DNA of 34,268 nucleotides from Polymyxa betae A26-41 (lineage: Eukaryota; Protista; Endomyxa: Phytomyxea), in assembly GCA_003693705.1 (NCBI GenBank), contig RBZT01000740.1, forward strand, positions 1 through 34,268. The letters are read 5' to 3'. Shown piece by piece: positions 16,154 to 27,339 of the stretch. Numbering within the stretch: position 1 is the stretch's first letter; each line of letters opens with the position of its first letter. Under the pieces are notes generated by a model that was not told where the DNA came from, did no database searches, and saw only the letters and a list, made by a program, of their open reading frames with translations. A program made the translations under genes and the position numbers.

Positions 16154-17568
16154 CTATTCATCAGCCCGACGGTGAGCGAATATCTGGCTCACCGTCGTCT
16201 GGAAAGTCGCGCACATCTGCAACATCATCTCTTGGAATCTTTTTTCCCTAGGCTCACGCTCTGCGCGAGCTTCTGCAGCACGCATCTGGCGCTCATCGCG
16301 ATGAGCGCCAAGAGCGCGCGCGCTCTTCGTCAAGCTGCCTGCGCAACTCCATTAGCTCATTTAAATCGACGGCACGCCGCCGTTTTCGGGCGGGCGTGTC
16401 ACAATCACTATCGGCATCGTTTGCGTGCTGGGTTTTACGCTCAGCCATCGTTTTCACGGCGGCTTGACGCAACACACCCGCTGCTCTTTCATCCTGCTGT
16501 TCCGTGGCCTTTTTCGCCTGTTTCGCTTGCTTCGCGCACTCGTTATCGGCGTCCATGAGCGCGATTGTTTCTTCGAGCAGCTCGATTTTTTCATCGAACT
16601 TTTCATCGACGCCGCTTTTCCGAAGAGCATCCAAGTTATTCTCCCTCATTTTCTTGACGTCTTTCAATATGGGTGCTCGGGACGGGTCTGAAACTAGGCG
16701 TCGAGCGGAGGAAGCGTCGAGCGGGCGAAGACGACGAGCCGTGCGAACTTTACGCGCCAATCGACTTCCGCATCTCGCCCGAGTCGTTGCACATGACAAT
16801 CGCTATGGCTCTGTGCATTGCACATGACGACTGGGTATCGTCTTGGAAGTCGATCACAACACCGGTGATGACAAAGGCGCGGGATCTATTCCTCCATCAT
16901 TACGAGAAGGCGCACTCGGAGAGCACCGCGCCCGACGCGCTGGTCGACGCAGATAACCAATAAACGAGACGGTCGACAACGATTGGTCATATACGGTTGA
17001 AATGTATTATTACTGCAACACTCCACGTATTTATACGTCACCTCCTGTGATGACACATTCCGGAAGCCTTCGTTTTATTCATACGACACCGCCGTATCGC
17101 GGATACGACAGATCGCGAAAATGCAAAATTTATCACGTGACAATGAGGGATCATCTCTCATACTCGTATCACTGATACGCTTCTAATGTATTCGTGATAC
17201 AAGGGTAGGCTCCGTCCTTGCATCTTGCATCCGAAATTCTTTTTGCTCATTAGGGTTTGGGCTATGTCGTCGTACATCGCCTCACTGCTCTTGCCTCCAC
17301 AACTTTTCCATGGCTGCGCTTTCAGGACCTCTTGATACAGCATGATGCAGTCAGATGCATTGAGATTACGTCGTGGTGGAACCATTCCATCTGCGATTGT
17401 TTGATGGACGAAGAACTCGCCATCCGTCTGTCCTTGTGTCTGGTGGGGCACCGGACGAGGTAGAATGCTAGGGATATGTGTAGCAATTCTCGTCATTGTT
17501 TGCTGGTCGATATGTTCGAAGTTCATAGTTACAGCCGGGGTCAGGTCAGCGAATCTCTTTGCAGCCAT
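16154..17568 (-). pseudogene. Harbinger accessory Myb/SANT-like DNA-binding protein, interrupted
   Basis: N-terminal part RRNLNASDCIMLYQEVLKAQPW...YDDIAQTL...GRSL. C-terminal part LDALRKSGVDEKFDEKIELLEE plus a coiled coil and RKRRR. Split by a 511-bp insertion, with a frameshift in a GC dinucleotide run near 16315. Confidence 0.75.
16700..17205. mobile_element. Nested insertion of unknown family inside the Harbinger Myb-like gene
   Basis: Flanked by direct repeat TAGGC (16695-16699 and 17206-17210). Removing it plus one repeat copy rejoins the two Myb-gene ORF halves in frame (GRSL-VSDPSRAPILKDVKK). Carries the 3' end of an ORF (stop at 16963) and terminal palindromes. Confidence 0.65.
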
Positions 17569-17673
17569 CGTGAAATTACGATCAATAAAGAACACAGCTA
17601 ATATGAAAATGAATCTACAGACTGGTTTGAAAAACGATTCAGCGCTACAGAACCTCAGTCCTGGTTCTTTTAT

Positions 17674-17821
17674 GCAGCTTCTAGAACTGCATTGTAATAT
17701 CTTTCCAGTTTATTGACGTTACAACTGTATAGCTTCTAGAACTGCACTGAAAAATCTTTCCAATTTGCTGGCGCGCGGTACAACTGCAGCTTGGAGAGCT
17801 GCACTGAAATATCGTTCCAGG
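17674..17821. repeat. Three imperfect tandem copies of a ~55-57-bp unit between the divergent transposon genes
   Basis: AGCTTCTAGAACTGCAYTG...ATCTTTCCA starts at 17676 and 17731. AGCTTGGAGAGCTGCACTG...ATCGTTCCA starts at 17788. Confidence 0.85.
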
Positions 17822-17851
17822 ACATAGTTATTATCGCTGTCTTCTGAACAC

Positions 17852-19064
17852 ATGGAAGCGCTGGTTAACAGGGCATTGTTTGTCCTTTCACGTTTGAAGA
17901 ACTGATCTCGTTGTACGTTGCTGATATCATTGACAGTGATCAGGTTCGGAACTAATCATTGTTTTCTGGATGCTCATTGCATTTTTAGCTAGAAGACCTC
18001 TTTGTGCTGAGATCAATGGACGTTCCAACTCCTCTCTATATCCCGAATGTCAAGTTTGATCTGTCCACTATTGAGGATCAAAACGCTCTGCATGATTTCC
18101 GCTTGACAGCTCATCAGATTGAGCAGATCAGCATCCATTTACAATTACCAGCGGTTATCATCACTTCGGAGAGAGATCGAATTCTTGCTCCAGAAGGGCT
18201 AGCTCTGGTGCTGCGACGGTTTTATCCAAACCGTCTTGGAGACCTAAGGTTCCTGTCTGGACGTTCGATTCCCTCTATGTCACGTTCTAACCAGTTGTTT
18301 AGTCGATTTAATTTATCAACGTCACAAAGACCGAATCTATCTTGCAGAGAACATTTTACTGCAACGATTGGGAATGTATTCGGAGGCGGTCCATCGGAAC
18401 AATGCTCCCTTGCAGACTCGCTTTGGGTTTATCGACGGCACAAAGCAAAAAGTCTGTCGGCCGAGCTCCAGAGTGGGGCGTCTTGGCTGGCAAAGAGGAG
18501 AAAACTTGCAACGCCAGCTATTCAGCGGCCATAAGAGGCAGCATTGTCTGAATTACCAGGGTATATCAACACCCGACGGCTTGGTAATCAGCATGTTCGG
18601 TCCGATTGAAGGGCGCAGGCATGATAGCAGTCTCCTGCGCGAATCCAGAATTCTACAGAAACTGGAGGGATTGCCTGCTGCAAATGGCTACTTAATCTAC
18701 GGCGATCCCGCCTACGGGATTAGCAAAAATATCTGTAGTCCATTCAAGGGCGCTGCGCTAACTCTAGTAAGTGCACATCATGGAATGCTGCATTACTTTT
18801 AAATGAGATTTGCAGGACGAGCAGGAATTCAACTCGAGAATGAGTGCGGTCAGAGCCAGCGTCGAATGGGTCTTCGGACGCATTAAAACTCTTTTTGCGT
18901 TTGTGGATTTTTCCAAAAACTTAAAAGTGATGCATGGCCCTGTTGGGATGGATTTCTTGGTGGCGACGCTGATGACTAACATCCATTGCTGCATCAATGG
19001 TGGTAACCAGATCAGCGATGTTTTTGGCATTAAACCGCCAACTTTAACTGAATATCTACAATAA
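17852..19064 (+). pseudogene. Harbinger (HARBI1-like, DDE_Tnp_4) transposase, frameshifted, two apparent introns
   Basis: GLALVLRR-YPNRLGDL..GRS, GFIDGTKQKVCRP, FSGHKRQHCLNYQGISTPDG, GPIEGRRHDS, YGDPAYG, FNSRMSAVRASVEWVFG, NQISDVFGIKPPTLTEYL*. Frame changes near 17885 and 18290-18360. Confidence 0.92.
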
Positions 19065-19558
19065 ATGAATCGAGGTTCCGTCATGCTTGCCCTCTGACTG
19101 AAATCTATATTCTATGTACATACTCGTCTGCGAAACAGGCAAATCCGCGAATGCAAATATATACACAGCTGTGACGGACATCTATGTCTATATATTTTGA
19201 AAATCGGTTGCGAAAACTGTCTATTCTGTTGATATTATACCGGTAATCCATTTGGCGCTAGAGGGACGTGGTTCACAAACCTGGGTCACCACGCATCTTT
19301 TACGCACGTCGAGTGCTGTGACCGAATTTTGTATAAATTGAATTAAAAGGAGCGTGGGTCCCGGTAGGTCCTGGTTGGTCCCCAGTGGGGACAGGGCTGC
19401 GACCTAAATAACCCTTATTTATTTTATCCGGAAAATCCAAATAACCGCAAATTATTTGGAAATTTGGTTTGTTTTGGGATGTGTGGGATTTTATGCAATT
19501 TGTTTAACAAATTTCCAAGTCCGCACGGATTTATTCAGGCATTTCTGATATTGAAGTT

Positions 19559-20150
19559 ATGGCTCTACAAAATGCCAATCCCCTTGTATTCGATGACAGC
19601 CATCGTCGCGTCGAAATTGGCGTTGACGACCCCAATTTCGAAGACAACGTTCGGGACCCCATCGATGCTGAAGAAATATTTGATGTGGGTTTTTTTCCAT
19701 TCGGCGTGATTTCATATTTCGAGCGAATCTGACTGAAGCTCCATTAGTTCCATTATTTTTACGTTTGACTAAGCTGATCACTGAATATTTCCTTCCCAGT
19801 TAATTCGTGATATTAATGATCCGGAACATCCTTTAACTTTGGAGCAATTGAATGTTGCTAAACGCGATGATATTATTGTGGACGATGTCACAGGACGTAC
19901 TCGTGTCCTATTTACTCCAACTATACCACATTGTTCAATGGCCACATTAATTGGGCTTTCAATTCGAGTCAAGCTTCTCAGATCTCTGCCTCGCAGATTC
20001 AAAATCGATATCTTGATCGCTCCGGGAACACACGCCTCAGAATTGTCCATTAACAAGCAGCTTAATGACAAAGAGCGAGTGGCAGCAGCTTTGGAAAATC
20101 CTAATCTCCTGAATGTCGTCAATAAGTGTTTATCACCGCTTACAGATTAA
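19559..20150 (+). CDS. CIAO2B: Cytosolic Fe-S assembly component CIA2 / FAM96B / MIP18 (2 exons)
   Basis: [11 protein letters not shown]...[10 protein letters not shown]|[19 protein letters not shown]...[27 protein letters not shown]...[23 protein letters not shown]. One intron ending at 19799. Confidence 0.95.
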
Positions 20151-20738
20151 TATTTCCGATTATTTCTACCCTATATCTAAAGCGCTGTGGAAATGCTGTC
20201 TTCTCGAGCGCCATTTTATTCCTTTTCATACCTTTGCCTGCCTATAATTCTATATGATGATTGTCGCGCTTCACTGGCTATTTAAATCAGTTTCAAGACA
20301 TTCGAAGAAATTAGCATGGACCCTTTATTTCCATTTCTTCAATATTCCGGTTGCAAGCCGCTATAACAATTTGTGTCGATTCTCGTGTTTGAGAAGTTAC
20401 ATAAACATCTTTACGAAAGGATTTTTATCGACGTCGCTTTTCATATGACCTTTGAGGATCCGGAACCAAGATAGATTGAAGCACCAGCAGCCTCATGAAT
20501 GAAAATACTTCTTATTCAACAATTTCGCCATCCATATCACTTGCTAATGTTTTAAAGATTCGCTACAGTTGTACTGCCTTCAACATGAGCGAGTACTTCC
20601 GAGCCTCGTAGAGAAACAATCTGTCAATTTACGATAACCAACTGGCAAAATGTTAGTTCATCAGAGCACGAAGCAGCGACCCCGTTATAGCAATAAGTTT
20701 CATTATATTATAGGTGGATCAAATACCAAAGAATAGCA

Positions 20739-23700
20739 TTAGTCAGCATAGCGGTTAAGATCAAGCGTAACGCTGCCAGATGAGTTTGATGAGCGATCTT
20801 TATAGACTCCGATAAGAGCGTCAGCCTTATCGAAAAATGTGTCTTTCAAACTGATAACAATACATTGCAGATTGTCTTCATGAGCCCGATACCTAACGTA
20901 ACGAGCCACCTTGTTAACATTAGTCTTGTCAAGAGCGGCGTCGATCTGAATATAAATTTAAAGCCGTACAAACAAAAACAGGAAAACTGACTTCATCCAG
21001 GACAAAGAACGGTGATGGTCGATAGCTATGAATGGCAAATAATAAGGCCAAAGCAGCAACCGTCTTCTCACCACCAGATAACTGTTCCATATCTCGGAAG
21101 CATTTTGATGGGGGCATAGCATGATACCTAACATGGATCAGTTTAAAACAAGTTTGATTGATTGAAAGAAAATACTTGATTCCGCCAATGAACGGATCTT
21201 CAGTATTCTCTAAGCTAAGGTAAGCAGTTCCTCCAAGGGGGAAACGAGCACTGCGAGTAAGTTGTTTATAGATCTCATCAATCGCGCCAGAGATCTAAGA
21301 TATTTTGAATCGAATTCGAACGGGTGAAATAACCCAACAAAACTGACATGATTATAAGCATTCATGAATTTCTTCAGCCTTTCTTGACGTATCTGATTGA
21401 AGGATTCCGATGCTTCTTTGGATTGATGTTTCGCAGCTTCGAAATCAGCCCCAGCTGAAGCGACGCGCCCTGGAAAAAATTATGTTCAGATAGCAGAGTT
21501 TACGAACTCAGAGGAGCGTAACCTTTGATTTCATCAAACTGATCAAATGATTTCAAATTGGGTGCTAAGGTCTCCATCTCAGCGTTCATTCGAGCTAACT
21601 TCTCTTCTGTTTCATCTTTTATGGCTTTATATTCATTTGCACCTTGCACTTCCTTGGGCATTTTCAACTGACGGTAGTCAATTGTGTCAGCTTCAATTGA
21701 TTCAATTTCTAAAGCCACTTATCAAAATGGAATTGGTAACGTGCAGCTTCACCTTGAACATCAAGCTGAGATTGCGAAGCACCAGTAGACCGGTCAATTT
21801 CCATTCGATCGCCATCATCGTCAGATTCATAATCATCGGACCTTTCGGTAGCACGTTTACGCTTGTTTCGAAGACGTGGAATCGGAATTTGCTCCAGAGC
21901 GCAAACCTGCAGCATATCTCGACGACGTTGTAAAATTTTTGCTGATTCTGATTCTAAGCCGGTAACCTCCGCTTGCATTTCGGCTAAGGCAAACAATAAG
22001 AGTTCGGTTGGCACAAACAGATAGCCACGAACATGATTGACTCCGCAGCTCATTAAGCTGATCTTTCAAAGCTTTAAGCGTCGCTTGCTCTTTATCAACA
22101 TTTTCACTCTGTCGAGCATTTTTATCCCTCATAGTTGCAATCTTGTTTTCGTAAGCTTGGATGTCTTTCGTGCATTTTGTAAGTTGGCCTGGAAACAGAG
22201 TCATGATCTTCAAGAAGTGAAATTGTAACAATGGGACAGAACCTCCAACAGTGGAGATCTGCTTCTTCTTTTCATCTATTGCTTTCTGTTTGCTGTTCAG
22301 TAACTCCATCAAGTTACGAGATCGATAGTATTCGATCTGGCTCTGACAGCGCCCGATTCGAGTTGATATTTCAAGAATTCGGTTCTCCCGAACTCGCCGT
22401 TCTGCACCATAATGCTGTACAGAAACGTTCAGTGGACGAACCGTTGTAAAAAATCTTTTGACTTCTTCAAACTTGTGCATATCCAAGCCTCCAGTTTGTC
22501 GGTGAAATTTCTCGAAGATCGATTCAGTCTCATGCTCGATCGTGGAAGCAACATTGCTCAGTTCCTGGCGTGCCTCATGGAGTTTTTCGTTTAGCTCTTC
22601 AATCTGAGAACGATTTCGATAATGAACGAATAAAATCCAGAACAGTTTTGACCTGAGGTTCAAGACCTGAAATTTCGGCGTCGCAATTGGACAAGGCCTT
22701 CTTCATTCCTTCATGTTTATCATGAGCTACTTGACGATTTTGCTCGTTATATCGAAGCTGGGAAGTGAGCTGCGAGAGGGATGTCGAAAGTTCCCGGTCC
22801 TGTTGTTTAAGCGTTGAATTTAGAGAAAGAAAAATCAACAGAAAAAGATTAACTTTCAAAGCAAGCTGCGATTCGGTCTTCAGAGCATTTAGCTCTTTAA
22901 TCAAAGCGTCCTTCTTGGACTTTAATGCAGCAGCTGAAGACCGATCCCAAGTCGAGGTTCGTGACTCTGGACCGGAGGATGACCCTCCAGATATATTGCC
23001 GGATTTGTGAAGCAGCTCGCCATCGATGGTTACCACCTATACTCATGCAATCAGCTAGGGCGATTCGATGAGAGAAAAAACCTTATAACGTCGCTCGCCA
23101 AACGCGATAATTCGAGCTTCATCAAGACTATCGGCAACGATGGTATCTCCGCAAGCATATTGGACAGCTTTTTGGATGGTTTCGTCGGAGTCGATAACGT
23201 CGCGGACTAGCTTAATATTGATGCCAATCTATCAGCAATCAATCAACAGCAAATTGATACATTGCAGCAGCATGCTGGACAAAACGAAATACAGAAAAAA
23301 AAACAAAAACATTACAACCTGTTGGCGAATGGCATCAGCATAAGTAGGAGGGACATTGAGTGTATCCATTGGCAAAAAAGTTGCAGTTCCAATACGCTGC
23401 TCTTTCAAGTAACGAATGCATTCCATGGCTGGCAAGATACGTTAGCCTTTACGAAATTTGAGAGTATATGTCTACCAGTCCTGCGCGAATCCACCACAAT
23501 GGCATTCAGATTCTTGCCTAACGCAGTAGCGACAGCAGTATGATAACGACGTTGTGTCGGCTGACATAAGGCACTGAGACGTCCACGAACACCTGCAGAT
23601 ACAGCTTAAACATGAACAAGAGGCAAACCGTGTGAATGATACCTGGATATAGACGCTGCAAAGAGATAATTGCTGCATTTAATTTCGTCTAGCAAGCACA

Positions 23701-25922
23701 GTTACACTTAAAGATTAGAATTGAGTCCTTAGAATGCACCTCGCGTTCCGATTCGGCCTTCTCAACTTTCATTCCAATCAGTTGATGCTGAAGGGAATTC
23801 AGCTGCGAGTTAATGGCAATCCGTTTCTGGTTTGTATCCTCTTTTTCCCCATTCAGTTCCTGAGAGTAGAATTAAAGAGGGCTTGTTGTGATAATTTTCA
23901 ATCAGGTCACCTGTAACTGCTCATTGAGATGAACCAATTTTTGGCGAGTCTCCTCTATGTGCTGATCAAGTTTGACGACCCGATCACGTTGCGTCGCTTC
24001 CGATAACAACAGCTGCTGACGGTGCTGCCGCAGACCGTCAATTTGCGTCTCCAGATCGAAGAGAGAAGTTGTCAGAGACCTGAGGTATATACTGAATAAA
24101 TACAAAAAAACTAGCATTATAGTAACCTAATACGATGCTCCAAGTTCGATTGACGATGGCGCAATTCCGATGTTTTTGTAGCCGCTTCTTGCTTGCATTT
24201 CTTGAGGAGATCGAGATGCTTTGGACTGATGCTAGCTGTATCTTCTGAAGACTTCGACGCATCCGAATTTAAAAGTTGGTCACGCAGGGCGGTGAGTTCC
24301 TAGATTTATATTTTAAGAGTAGCGATTATAAAGCTTGTGAACCAACCAACAGTACCTTAAGTTCTGCCTCGATTGTGTCCATTAATCGCCTCTGTTCGAC
24401 GCTCTCATTCTTTGCCTGAGAATATATTTTCAGAACGGAGCATGAGGAATATCAAATAGAGGCAGAATTCAGCAACAGTTTAGCTGCAAGTTGTGAATAA
24501 ATGGAAATTACCTTGTCGTATTCGGTTTGGGCAGATTCCAGATTCTCATTGAGATATGTCATTTCTTCATTAAGTTTCACCAGTGAGGTTTTCTGTAAAC
24601 GATCAGTAAAAAAACTGAGCCATCGCTAGAATTACCATTGATTCAGCTTTTTTCAAGACGACGCTCAGATCTCGCTCGGCCGCAGAACGCAACCGTCTAT
24701 TCTGTCCGATGACCTTGCTGACTTGAATGATATTTTCCTCCAAAGTGCCGCTCTCACTTGCAACCTATTGAAAAGGAATAGTGAGCTTAAGCAATGGTAG
24801 AACTTAAACACAGAATACCTGATGTAATTGAGTCTTAAGGTGGGTAATCTGCTCGCGATTGGTTTTCATATCATTATCCATATGGAATAGTTCGAATAGA
24901 AAGAGCTGCTGTTTCAGCTTCTGATACGATTCTTGCATATCCTGATAGCGTTCTGCTTCTTCCTAAGAACAAGATGTTATGCAGGCGCAAATGAAAGCAA
25001 GCTTTCATACCTTCTGGTCCTTTAACTGCCTTTTCTCTTTAAACAGCGTCTTCTTTTTCTCAAAAATTCGGAGAAAATCAGATTCTGCTTCGGCGGCTGC
25101 TTCTTGAAGCTTTGTTTAAGAAACCCCATTAGAAATAGGTTAAAAATAAGCAATTTGGATTCTACCTCGGTGTAGGACTGTGCGAAGGCCGATGAGCCGG
25201 AAATCTGTTCAAATAATTCTGTCAATTCGGAAGGAGATTTTTGAGCTATCGATTCGACGTCGCCCTGGAAAACGAGGAAGTTCCGGGCTTTAACAAGCAC
25301 ACCGAATTTTTGCAGTTCAGCTTCATATTCAGCCCTGAGTTCCAACATTGACAACCATTTTGCAACAAGTTGAGCGTGTTAATACCATCTCATAACACGT
25401 CCATTAATTTCATAGGTAGATTTCGAGCTAGAAATCGCTCGTCGAAATGTTGTGACTTCGTAAGAAGCGCTTTCGTAGACAATTTCGACATAAGCATTGC
25501 CAGATGTCTGATGGGATCCGTCCTAAGCAGAGAAACATTGGGGCAACTGTCGGGAAAATTCTACAATGTCAAAAAACTAACTTGTCGATGAATCAGATCT
25601 TTGAGCTGAGAACCTCGTAATTGGCTGGTTCGAACACCAAGGACAAAACTAGAGTTATGTTAGTGTAAATGCAACTATTTGCCAAAGGATAAAATGTTTT
25701 TTCACTAAAGCCCACATAAATAAACCTGATAGCATCCATGATATTGCTTTTGCCACTTCCATTGCAGCCAATAACGCAAGAGAAAGTACGAAAAGGTCCG
25801 ATAGTATGATGCCCAGCCCATGATTTAAAATTGAAGAGATTGAGCTCTCTCAGGCCACCACCTGGAAGGACCTGCGAGCCTTGCATTAGCGGTCCAGGCT
25901 CGCCATCATCGTCATTGACCAT
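20739..25922 (-). CDS. SMC1: Cohesin ATPase SMC1 (many exons)
   Basis: NFKSWAG..IGPF, Walker [37 protein letters not shown], hinge [17 protein letters not shown] and [74 protein letters not shown]. Ends TLDLNRYAD*. Confidence 0.96.
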
Positions 25923-27339
25923 GATAAATGACGGGATAGGTAGTTAGTACCACCTTCCCTGGAAGAACAATGACGAAATCCCAAACCCTACAATGGACTG
26001 CGCAGAGTTTCTCTGGGTGGGTCATTATATGATTATAATACGTCGAGCACGAGGGTAGACAATGTCTGGCTTCCTAACACGCCTATTCCAATAATGATTG
26101 GGTTTGGCTTTAGAAAAACGCCAATAATCATCTGCAATAAATCATCAAGAAAATCAATTTGAGTATCTCAATTACATCAAGACTGTAAAAATTATCCTGT
26201 GGAAGATTTGTTAAACCCAGGCGAAGGCCTAAATTTTCAAGTCCCTAATCCAGCAGCTACCTGGCAATGGGAAACATGAAAAGAACATGTTAAAGGCTAG
26301 GGTAGTTGAGTTTACGAACGAAGTCAGGCGTAGACCAGACCCATCGGCCATCGCGGGTTTTACTCAGCAAAGCGTAATTTTCCATTGAGAATTGCCAGAT
26401 GCGGAGAGAGATAATAGTTACTCATTATTACTGACTAATGATAGATTATGCTAACAGAAACAGATTGGGGAAACATCGGAGCAAACACAGGAAGTAATTG
26501 ATTAGATGCTACCCCACACACATGATCCCACATTTGCTTCTTCGGAATCTGTTCCCTCTTCTCTGGTTTGCAAAGATACTCCAATTTCAATTAGAAAATA
26601 GATTCCGTGCTGTCAATCAGATTTCGAGATTCGAGATCGCTCCATTATTTATTGGCAAAAAAAGTCATCAAAAGTCATCACAAGATGGCTTGTTTTCCGC
26701 GCCAGATTGGATTGCCATTACGGCATAACGCCAAATGATTCTCTGACATAAAGTCCGTCGATTTATGCCTTTTTCTCAAGCCTTTTAACTTATCTCAGCT
26801 TGGACGTAATTCGGTTTGGTTTCTATTTGAAAAGATCACACGGTTTATGCTATTCGGATTGGTTTATTTCAAACGTCGGTCTCAAACCGATGGTAGGTAT
26901 GGTACTGTATGTGAGTATGTCGCAATAAATTCAAAAGACACATGAGTCGAACATCACGCACATGAATGACATGATACCATTATGTGATATGTCCGTGTTA
27001 TGGAAATCTGCGCCCGGACTTTTCGTCCACGGTTGAGAATTGGATATTTTTTGAAGAGATGCGGTCGAGTGCAGGGGCGCGGCGGAGCCTCCCTTTTGGT
27101 ACCGCCCGCTATCGAATTCCATCTTCTGGTCTTTATTGCAGAGCCAATCTTGCATTATCATTCATCCTGGGGCTACTATACCACCGCCAGCTAAGCCAAT
27201 AACACGAAGATTCACACACATCCATCAAATTGACGAGCGAGCTGGCGCCGCAATCAACTGCCACCGCTCTGCGGTTCTTCTGACTTCCAGTAAACATGTG
27301 ATCTGACATCTGGTACTTTATTTTAAAATTTAACAAAGA

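Larger units (their letters stand above)
15861..19222. mobile_element. PIF/Harbinger-superfamily DNA transposon, two divergent genes, decayed
   Basis: Perfect 16-bp TIRs AGACAGTTTTCGCAAC (15861-15876) and GTTGCGAAAACTGTCT (19207-19222). Flanking trinucleotides ATA/ATT are a possible TSD with one mismatch. Encloses a DDE_Tnp_4-type transposase and a Myb/SANT-like gene. Confidence 0.9.

Noticed and set aside
17674-17821. CRISPR-like reading of the ~56-bp repeats
   Set aside because: Only three degenerate units, the intervening parts resemble each other, there are no cas genes, and the context is a eukaryotic transposon.
21857-22663. Long ORF suggesting alternative coding or intron retention in SMC1
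   Set aside because: Explained by short stop-free introns with canonical GT-AG ends whose lengths are multiples of three.
26500-27310. Possible small minus-strand gene with FDSGRY (endosulfine-like FDSGDY) and other peptide scraps
   Set aside because: The key Asp is absent, there is no upstream YGxLP motif, and no consistent exon chain could be built.
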